Assembly: GCA_951406725.2 (NCBI GenBank) | Contig: OX597815.1 | Coordinates: 48,794,001 to 48,858,000 of the forward strand | Reading direction: 5' to 3' | Source: Octopus vulgaris | Taxonomy: Eukaryota | DNA: 64,000 bases | Shown: piece by piece, positions 54,620 to 64,000 of the stretch | How the letters are laid out: the number at the start of each line of letters is the position of its first letter | Numbering within the stretch: the stretch's first letter is position 1 | The notes under the pieces: model-generated | Database searches by the model: none | The model's input: only the letters and a program-made list of their open reading frames with translations | Told to the model about the DNA's origin: nothing | Program-made: the position numbers and the translations under genes

Positions 54620-54818
54620 GACCGCGTGTGTATCATTGGCGATTTTCTTTCTCCGTCTTCCCTTCCTTGGACCTTTCATTTTTCTATGTTTCTGATGAAG
54701 AGCTCCGCTCGAAACGTTAAATCCTCCTTCTTTCTTTCCTTTCCTGAGCGTCCAACAACACTATACTTGTTCCACGTCCTCGCGTTGTTGTGTTTTTTTG
54801 TGTTCATGCTTGGAGTAA
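54620..54818 (+). mobile_element. Short Penelope-like repeat
   Basis: Colinear with the reverse complement of 30918-31115 and 32003-32090. Confidence 0.65.
54688..54722 (+). ncRNA. Minimal type-I hammerhead ribozyme-like motif with canonical CUGAUGA
   Basis: GTTT-CTGATGA-a-GAGC-tcc-GCTC-GAAAC-GTT-AAAT. Confidence 0.6.
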
Positions 54819-54847
54819 CTATATATATATATATATATATCTATATA

Positions 54848-54917
<70 letters not shown>

Positions 54918-55335
54918 TATATATGTGTGTGTGTTAGACAATCAACGTTGGTGTATTTACGTCCCCGTATCATAACGGTTCGAAAAAAGTGACCGATAGA
55001 ATAAGAACCAGGCTTGAAGAAGAAAAAGTACTGGGGTCGATTCATTCGACTAAAGATTCCTGAAGGTGTTGCTCCCGCCTGGTCGCAGTTTAAGTAAAAT
55101 AGAAAAAAATATTCAGTTCCGTACCTCTTTATTCTTTTTTGTGGGCAAAAACATAATGAGGGACATTTTTTAAGAAGTCATGCTCTGAAAGAAAATGCAG
55201 AGTTAAAGCTACAAGAAGCTGAGAACCACAATCCTCTGCTGCTAGTGGACCTGCTAAAGATGACAGCCAAATATCTATATCCCACCACAGTGGCTCTAAA
55301 ATTATATTTCAATGGAAAATGTTCTATTGAATATT

Positions 55336-55733
55336 CTTTTCAACTCTAGGCATAAGGACCGAAATTTTGGTAGAGGGGGGGCAGTCGGTTAGATCAACCC
55401 CAGTACTCAACTGGTACTTAATTTAACGACCCCGAAAGGATGAAAGGCAAAATCAACCTCGGCGGAATTTGAGCTCAAAACGTAAAGACAGACGAAATAC
55501 CTACTTCTTTACTATCCACAAGGGGCTAAACACAGAGGGAACAAACAAGGACAGACAGACAGATTAAGTAGATTATATCGACCCCAGTGCGTATCTGGTA
55601 CTTAATTTATTGACCCCGAAAGGATAAAAGGCAAAGTCGACCTCGGCGGAATTTGAACTCAGAACGTAGCGGCAGACGAAATACCGCTACGCATTTCGCC
55701 CGGAGTGCTAACGTTTCTGCCAGCTCGCCGTCT
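55336..55733 (-). mobile_element. Dimeric SINE B within one 16-bp TSD
   Basis: TSD tgttctattgaatatt at 55320-55335 and 55734-55749. Confidence 0.92.
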
Positions 55734-56306
55734 TGTTCTATTGAATATTAACAATCCTCTCCCCACCCAACCAAAACAAGATAGCTATGGCGTAAAAGTG
55801 TTTCTGATCAATCAAGAATCATCTAGAGTAAAGAAATAACAATAAAAAGCAACAAAAGACCAGATATTTTGTCTGCTAGTTCAGAGTATCTCATATAGCG
55901 TCAATCAATCTAAATTCAAGCATCTCTTACACTGGTTGGTCAGTACTCATTGTTTGGCATTACTTTTGTCTATCACTGGGTTCACTACGCACACACACAC
56001 ACACACACACACACACGTATACGTAATACTTATATACATACATACATACATACATACATACATACATACAAGCATAACATAAAATAATATAACATAAAAC
56101 AAAACATACAACTCTGCACATACACGTACATATATACATACAAAAATACTGTGTTGACGTTGTTGAAATTCCAATGAAGGAGCCTTGGATCTTGGTTAGA
56201 AACCGACCCTTTTTCTATTGGGAAGAAATCTTGAAGTAAAACTGAATAATGACATACATACATGCAGTCATAGCTACAAACACACACACACACACACACA
56301 CATACA

Positions 56307-56371
<65 letters not shown>

Positions 56372-56499
56372 TCAGCACACATACACACTTTCGCATATAT
56401 ATATATATGTATGTAGATAGGTAATTAAGGACTCACACGGGTATCTATAAAGGGACAACGCATGTCTAAGCCTTCTTACGTTCAGTTTGAAAGGTATTT

Positions 56500-56705
56500 C
56501 CTTGGCAGAATCGTTAGGACACCGTGCAAAATGCTTTACAGCATTTCGTTCGACTATACGTTCTGAGTTCAAATTCCACCGAGGTCGACTTTACCTTTCG
56601 TGTTTTCGGGTTCGATAAAATAAGTGCCAGCTGAACAGGAGTCGATGTCCCCGACTATCCCCCTCTCCTGAAATTGCTGGCCTTGTGCCAAAATTTGAAA
56701 TCAAT
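56500..56705 (+). mobile_element. SINE B (T3)
   Basis: tggcagaatcgttagg...gagttcaaattccaccgaggtcgac...aattgctggccttgtgccaaaatttgaaa. Confidence 0.8.
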
Positions 56706-57452
56706 AATGTATGCAATAGTTTCCAACGTCATTTAATTTCATGACACTTTATAATCTGATTTCAAATCCCGCCGAGGCTAACATCCTACCACCCTTTCAG
56801 AAGCTATGAAAGTCAGATAAGTTGATTACATTGACCCCAGTGATAAACTCGTACTTATTGACCCCAGTGATAAACTCGTACTTATTTTATCGACCCGCTC
56901 TACCATCATTCGCTACAACATCTATCTATTTTCGGACAGTCTCTGCACAGGGCCACCCGGACTCCCGCCTTCGCCGTGAACAGAAATTAATCTTCTCTCT
57001 TCGTTCTTTTGCGCCATGTGGTGCTCAACTCATTAATCACTTCCCACACCATTAAATACACACCCACAAACACCTTCCCACTTCACACACACTAGCACCA
57101 AACACTTCTCAGCACTCACACCACACACCATTATCCACACATCCACACACAATCTTCAAAAGCGCCATCACACATCCCAGTGTACGAGCAGCCCCACTCA
57201 CTGTTTAATTTAGTACACACACCGCACACCATCATCCACATTCCCACACCCACACAAGCATATGATACCTGAACACGCATAAAACGCATAAACACACGCA
57301 ACACGCATAGACACAGATAACTTTCACCCACGTATACACATTATTCGGTCATAAACACACACACGTGCGCATACCACCTGAACAAGCACACATATGTGTG
57401 CGTGTGTGTGTGTTTGTGTCTATGATGTGCGTGTGTGTGTGTGTGTGTCTAT

Positions 57453-57530
<78 letters not shown>

Positions 57531-57598
57531 CTCTCTATATTTATACATACACACATACACACACTTACATATACATATATATGTATGTATGTATATAT

Positions 57599-58470
57599 AT
57601 TGAGTCATCTCACAAATAAAGCGGTCTTTTTACACTTCTTTTATTTTTCAAAATTAAGATAAACAAGGTTCTTTTTTAATCTAAAATATACTTTCCTTCA
57701 TTTTCTACAATACTCTTCCATCCATCTGGTAGACTTGCAACACCCTTCTTCCAAAATTCACTTGTCCGTGACAAAAAATACTCCTCCAGTACTGTTCTGA
57801 CCTTGTCTACAGAATTCATATTTTTCCCGTCCAAATGATTTTGAAGACTGCAGAATAAATGATGAGCAGATGGGGCAATGTCTGACGAATATGGTGGGTG
57901 GGGCATTGTTTCCTATTCAGACTGCTCCAGCTTTTGGAATGTCATCCTCGTTGAATGATGGAAGAATACCTTTTGTCTTTGAACCAAAGATGGTCATTTT
58001 CCTTCTAGTGCTGACTTAAGCCGCTCAAGTTGCTCACAGTAGATCTCCTATGTTAACCGTTTGGTTTGCGTTTAAAAGTTCAAAGTGGACTAAACCTTTC
58101 ATATCCCACCAAACAGTTAACAACAGCTTACGTGGGTGAAGACCTTTAGCCTGGGGTGCCAGTGTTTCTCCTTTGCCTACTCACAGTCTTCGGTGCTTGA
58201 TGTTTTTATAGAGAACCCATTTCTCGTCAGCAGTCACTATTTGGTCCAAAACAGGTTCATTCGTGAGACGTAACAGAAAAGAAGAGCACACATTCACTCT
58301 CTGATCGTGATTAGACTCGGAAAGTTTGTGAGGAAACCATTGACCCAAATTGCTGGCTTTTCCGATGGCACGCGGATGTCGATGAATGGTTGAATGACCA
58401 AATCCAAGCTTCTCTGCAAGTTCCTCAGCAGTTACGATGAAATTTTCTTCCATCAGCTGATTGATAAAAG
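57599..58470 (-). mobile_element. 5'-truncated mariner (Mos1/Hsmar1-like type)
   Basis: QWFPHKLSESN...IVTADEKWVLYKN and PHPPYSSDIAPSAHHLFCSLQN. TIR-like end ttgagtcatctcacaaataaagcgg next to TA. Confidence 0.85.
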
Positions 58471-58838
58471 AACTCAAGACGGGATGTACAGACGAGCTTG
58501 ATGTGACAGCATGTTGCGTCTCTTTGAATAAGCTTCGGAAGGCCAAACTAATCGATCCCTACATACATACATACATCAGTATGCGTGCATGTGTGTGTGT
58601 TTGTGTGTGTGTGTGTGATTCTATGTCTGTATATATGTGTTTGTGTATGAGTGTTCCACAAATTTCAGGTTAAAATTTTGACTACTGTTGACTAGAAATA
58701 GTATTTTAGCCCTGCGGTAAAATATAGACAACCAGACAGGCAGGAAAGTAGAGAGGGAGGCAAGCAGGCAGGCAGGCAAGCAGACAGAGAAAGAGTTTTG
58801 TCGATGGATTGAGACAAAGATAGGCAAACTGGTTGATG

Positions 58839-58894
<56 letters not shown>

Positions 58895-58895
<1 letters not shown>

Positions 58896-59869
58896 CTTTC
58901 TTTATTGGCCACACAGGGCTGGACACAGAGGGTACGAATACAAATGTAGAGCTTTTCTTTTCGAAGATGGAAAAGGAAAAAGAAAAAAAAAATGAAACAA
59001 ATGTAAAATTTCGATCAAAAGGGATCGTGAAAAAGAAATAAGAAAAAGCGGTCAAAAGGCATCGTGTATCACAGAAAAAAAAATTTAAGTAACAAAAAAG
59101 ATTAGGTTCATCCGTGGAAAGAGAAGCCTACAGAAAAGACCACGGTAACCTCAAGCAGGGAGGAAATAAACACATGAGAGCAAAGTGCTCTCTCCCTTTC
59201 TCTTTTACGATTTACAGGATCATGCTCAAAGTGGTTTCGTCACTCGTACGCACCATCTTTGCTGCATTCACCCACCTTTTTTTAAACTTTCACTAGACAA
59301 AAACTGCCTCTCCATTCTCACCTTCCGTTTCAAGTGGTACTTGAAAAAGTTGATGAGCGATTGGCCAGAGAGGTAAGTGTTTGTCTCTAATCCTTTCGCT
59401 CGAGTCCACCACACACATTCTTTCACCATAGCCACCAAGTACGATGAAAACTGCCTTGCCTCCCCAGTTGAGGAAAGGGGGCGGTGCAATTTTTACGATA
59501 GACTCGGCCGACAGGCGGACTCGTCCCACGCGTGACAGCAACCGTTCGGCATAAGCCCACAGGTCCGAAATGGTTGGACACCGCACGAGTGCGTGCAGAA
59601 CGGTTTCGTCGCTCTGACCGCATTTCGGGCAAGTCGGTCCAGTGTGTCTCGAACCGTGCCTGTAGAGCTTATCCCGAAAAGGTAATGCTTCGCAATAGCA
59701 CTGCCAGGCCAGGGATCTTTGGTGATTGTCCATAGGTCCCAGCCCGAAAGTTGTCCTGAACAGGCGGGTCAGGTGTTTCTCATCGACGCCCAGATTCTGC
59801 CCGAGAACGTCGTCGCACCTCCACTCCACTAATCCTCTATAGAACGCCTTTGTTGTAATGAAGTCGCAC
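58895..59869 (-). mobile_element. 5'-truncated Tx1/L1-clade LINE (zf-RVT C-terminus + 3'UTR) in (GATA)n
   Basis: [18 protein letters not shown]...[18 protein letters not shown] (CCHC)...VWWTR. 3' end aataaagaaa. (gata)n on both sides. Confidence 0.85.
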
Positions 59870-59975
59870 AGATAGATAGATAGATAGATAGATAGAAAGA
59901 TAGATAGATAGATAGGTAGGTAGGTAGGTAGGTAGGTAGGTAGGTAGGTAGGTAGGTAGGTAGGTAGGTAGGAAG

Positions 59976-60056
<81 letters not shown>

Positions 60057-60172
60057 TGATTGATTGATAGATATGTAAGGTAGATAAACAGGAAGGCAAG
60101 CAGATAGATAGACAAAGCGGCCGAGGGATAGATAGATACATAGAGAGGTAGATAAATAGTTAGTATGTAGAG

Positions 60173-60243
<71 letters not shown>
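59870..60243. repeat. (GATA)n/(GGTA)n microsatellite
   Basis: Directly visible. Confidence 0.95.
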
Positions 60244-60244
<1 letters not shown>

Positions 60245-60538
60245 CGGATTGATTGTTTTGGGGTTGTTTCTATTCACTTACGAACAAACGGTATGAATGC
60301 TGAGAAGAAAAAAAATTTAAACTGGATTAATGTTCAAGCTTTTAGCTCTTTGGCTCTCTCTCCTTCTCTCTCTCTCTCCCTCTCCCCCTCTTCAAATCTT
60401 TCTTTCACTTTCGCTCTTATCCCAAAATGTTCGCTTGCACATGCTTCCCCATTCACACGTTAATCATGTGTGCGTGCGTGTGTGTGTGTGTGCGTGCACG
60501 TCCATAACCACGGTACACACATGCACACACATGTGTGA

Positions 60539-60581
<43 letters not shown>

Positions 60582-60686
60582 CATATATATGATATATATA
60601 TATATATATTGCTAGAATTGGTAAGACAACAAAAGAATGAAAGAGGCCTCGATATTATGTAAATAGAGGAATTTTATATAATATCC

Positions 60687-60821
<135 letters not shown>

Positions 60822-60831
60822 CATACATACA

Positions 60832-60881
<50 letters not shown>

Positions 60882-61285
60882 CATACATACATATATATAC
60901 GGATATGTATACATATATAAATATATAAGCGTGCATGTATGAGCATGTGCATATGTGTATGTGTGTGTGTATGGAGCTCTATGTGTAAGTCTGTTTCCGC
61001 ATGTGTGTCTCATAGTATATTATATATAACTATATATCTTTGCTCTGTCAAATATTTAATTCTTGCTGTACTAGTGGGTGTATAATAAATATATAATTCT
61101 GGGATAATTACCAAACTTTTCAAACAATAATCTAATGTTTACAAGCGTTGGATGACCTCCCAGTTCATCACTTATCAATTAATTTGGGGGTTCGATTACA
61201 CACACACATATGAAAATATGTGTTTGTATTCATTTATATATACATATATGCATACATATATGCACACGCGCACACACACGCATTG

Positions 61286-61337
<52 letters not shown>

Positions 61338-61542
61338 TAATTTTTCTATATATATATAAATGTATATATATGTATATATATATGAGTGTGTGTTTGTGTG
61401 TGTGTGTGTGTATATATATATATGTATATATACACACAAACATATATATATATATACACGTGTATATAAATCTATATGTGTGTGAATGTTTATATACACA
61501 CATGTATATATATGTATATATACATGCATGCAAATAAATATA

Positions 61543-61586
<44 letters not shown>

Positions 61587-62094
61587 TATATGCACACATA
61601 CATGTATATATACATACATATATACATATACATATATACCTACGTATGTATGTGTGTAGGTGCCATATCGTATAAGTTTCCATTCATTGTATTAAAGGGT
61701 GGCCATCACTATTGATTCTGGTCTATGAAGAGTAATTGCAACTTGTATAATTAATCAGAAGACTGTAAGTTATATATAAATGACTGGAAATATATGTGTA
61801 ACTGAGGTTCGAAAGCGTGTTGCAGAAGACAGACTAACAAAATGCCGTGAGTCAAGCGGTCGGTAGGTAGGGGTACTTCTCTTGTGCGAGTGCTGAACAT
61901 GCTTGAAATAACAGCAAAACTCTCCGTCAAATTAAGTATATATGTGTTTAGAAAAAAAATAAAAAAAGACATGGGTACATTGCATTTTTTCCGGCTTACT
62001 ACGTTGTGAGTTCAAATGCCGCCGAGGTCGACTTTGGTTTTGCCCTTTTTAGAATTGATAAAGTAACTACCGGTCAAGCACTGGAGATAAAGTA

Positions 62095-62548
62095 AAGGTA
62101 AAGTTACCTTCTCGAATCTACCGACTCATCAGGGCCGGTTTACCGGTTGCCATAGTGTATATAAATTTCCCACCGTAGGATTACTCAATTTTGCCAGCTG
62201 AGTGGACTGGAGCAACGAGAAATGAAGTGTTTTGTTCAAGAACACAACGCATCGCCCGGTCCAGGAATCGAAACCACAACATGAGACCAACATCCTAACC
62301 ACTAAGCCACGTGCTTCCAATAAAAGGTAAAGTTACCTTTTCGAGTCATGCCGACTCATAAGGTCGGTTTCAATGACGTATATATTCCCCACCTGGACGG
62401 GACGCCGATCCGTCGCAGGATTACTCATTTTTGCCAGCGGGTTGGACTGGAGCAACGTGGAATGAAGTGCTTCCTCGGTCCAGGAATAGAAACCACATTC
62501 TTACAATCATGAGTCCAACACCCTAACCACAAAGCCACTCGCCTCCAC
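62095..62548 (-). mobile_element. Two tandem SINEs (body 2 + tail X)
   Basis: 62095-62320 and 62323-62548. Minus strand: gctccagtcca..cagctggcaaaaatgagtaatcct...ttatgagtcggcatgactcgaaaaggtaactttacc. Confidence 0.8.
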
Positions 62549-62607
62549 ACTAAGGGGAGGGAGATAAAATAAGTACCAGTGAAATACTGGGGAAGTCAAA
62601 TGATATC

Positions 62608-62834
62608 TATTTCTTTACTACCCACAAGGGGCTAAACATAGAGGGGACAAACAAGGACAGACAAATGGATTAAGTCGATTACATCGACCCCAGTGCGTAA
62701 CTAGTACTTAATTTATCGACCCCGAAAGGATGAAAGGTAAAGTCGACCTCGGCGGAATTTGAACCCAGAACGTAACGGCAGACGAAATACGGCTACGCAT
62801 TTCGCCGGCGTGCTAACGTTTCTGCCAGCTCGCC
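62608..62834 (-). mobile_element. SINE B (T1) with 17-bp TSD, nested in an older + strand SINE B
   Basis: TSD ggaagtcaaatgatatc at 62591-62607 and 62835-62851. Confidence 0.92.
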
Positions 62835-62924
62835 GGAAGTCAAATGATATCGATTAACCACTACCTCTAAAATTGCTGGCCTTGTGCAAAAATTTGAAAC
62901 CATTATTATTACTAAATTATAGAC

Positions 62925-63320
62925 AGTGAAATGGTAGAAGCATTAGCATGTCGGACAAAAGGCTTAGTGGCATTTCTTCCAGCTTTACGTTCAGCGTTCA
63001 AGTTTCGCCCTGGCCGACTTTGTCCTCCATCCTGTCGGGTTCCACAGTCGACCACTGGGTTCGATGTAATAGACTAGCTGCCTCTCCCAAACTTTCAGGC
63101 CTTGTAGAAAAGATTATTACTACATTATCAGAACCGTTAGAGCAACGGACAAAAAGTCTGGCGCTATTTGTTCCTGTTCTATCAAATTCTGCTAAGCTGA
63201 ACATTGGTTTTCACCTCTCCTGAGTCATTAAAATAAAGTACCTGTCAAATACTGGTTAGATTTAATCCACTAATCTCGTCCCACAAATTTCAGGCCTCCT
63301 ACCTATGTTAGAAACAATTA
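62925..63320 (+). mobile_element. Two degenerate SINE B (T2) units
   Basis: Repeated tttcaggcc tails followed by agaaa..attatt. Confidence 0.55.
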
Positions 63321-63656
63321 TTATGGATAAAAGCAGATAAGTAGAACCGGTAGAGCAACGAGGTAAAAACCGTGTGTCACTTTAAATTCCAAATTCAAAT
63401 CTCAAGTTGGGTGACTTTCCCTTTCGGTTTTTGTGGGATTTTTTTCTTCTAACATTTAGTAAGTGGGGAGGGTCGTATCCACGACGATTTTCAGGGATTC
63501 CGAGAATAGAAGGGGAGAAGAAGGTAAGTTCAATCAAAAGACGTTGTTCGAATCCTTGTAACAGAATGGACTTCGTCAAAAGAAACCCGATAACCAAGAA
63601 ATGCTGTTAAACCGGAAAAATGATAACGGGCGATCACTGAGTCAAATGGATTGACC

Positions 63657-63985
63657 GTGGGTAATAAAGAAATAGATATTTCGTCTGCCGCTACGTTCTG
63701 AGTTCAAATTCCGCCGAGGTCAACTTTGCCTTTCATCCTTTCGGGGTCGATTAAATAAGTACCAGTTACGCTCTGGGTTCGATGTAATCGACTTAATCCG
63801 TTTGTCTGTCCTTGTTTGTCCCCTCTGTGTTTAGCCCCTTGTGGGTAGTAAAGAAATAGGTATTTCGTCTGCCGCTACGTTCTAAGTTCAAATTCCGCCG
63901 AGGTCGACTTCACCTTTCATCCTTTCGGGGTCGATAAATTAAATACCAGTTACGCACTAAGGTTGATGTAATCGACTTAATTTTC
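63657..63985 (+). mobile_element. Headless multimeric SINE B (tail remnant + two units)
   Basis: gtgggtaataaagaaatag|atatttcgtc...aaagaaatag|gtatttcgtc... Confidence 0.85.
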
Positions 63986-64000
63986 TTGTTTGTACCCTAG

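Larger units (their letters stand above)
54422..55100 (+). mobile_element. SINE A interrupted in its internal microsatellite by a Penelope-like repeat
   Basis: 5' half ends at 54590; 3' half resumes near 54925. Confidence 0.75.

Noticed and set aside
56168-56210. Hammerhead-like ccaatga...gaaacc motif
   Set aside because: The core deviates at several positions and helix I is not evident; single copy in the window.
63460-63523. Apparent 64-nt exon (ttcttctaacatttag ... AAG|gtaagt)
   Set aside because: It has no partner exons and sits among SINE debris. The surrounding translation (KKVSS..., MITGD) looks more like a decayed mariner.

Overview
This is an AT-rich, microsatellite-saturated, non-coding animal genomic window. 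The repeat repertoire suggests a cephalopod, probably Octopus (inference). I found no supportable host protein-coding exon, and nearly all tracked ORFs are microsatellite or SINE read-throughs. The window holds dozens of tRNA-derived SINE copies, which I label A, B and C/D (working names). It also holds one full-length but dead mariner, several mariner, DD37D/maT and Tigger fossils, piggyBac-type TTAA MITEs, and 3' fragments of RTE, R4/Dong and Tx1/L1 LINEs. The main observations are: (1) SINE B shares its 3' terminus with a Tx1/L1-like LINE that sits in a (GATA)n tract, a candidate LINE-SINE partner pair; (2) a short Penelope-like repeat family carries minimal type-I hammerhead ribozyme motifs; (3) SINE bodies and tails are shuffled combinatorially; (4) there is a ~427-bp palindrome, a filled/empty paralogous insertion-site pair, and an apparent CpG-decay boundary near 7.5 kb. 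Coordinates were read by eye; ends of degenerate repeats are approximate.
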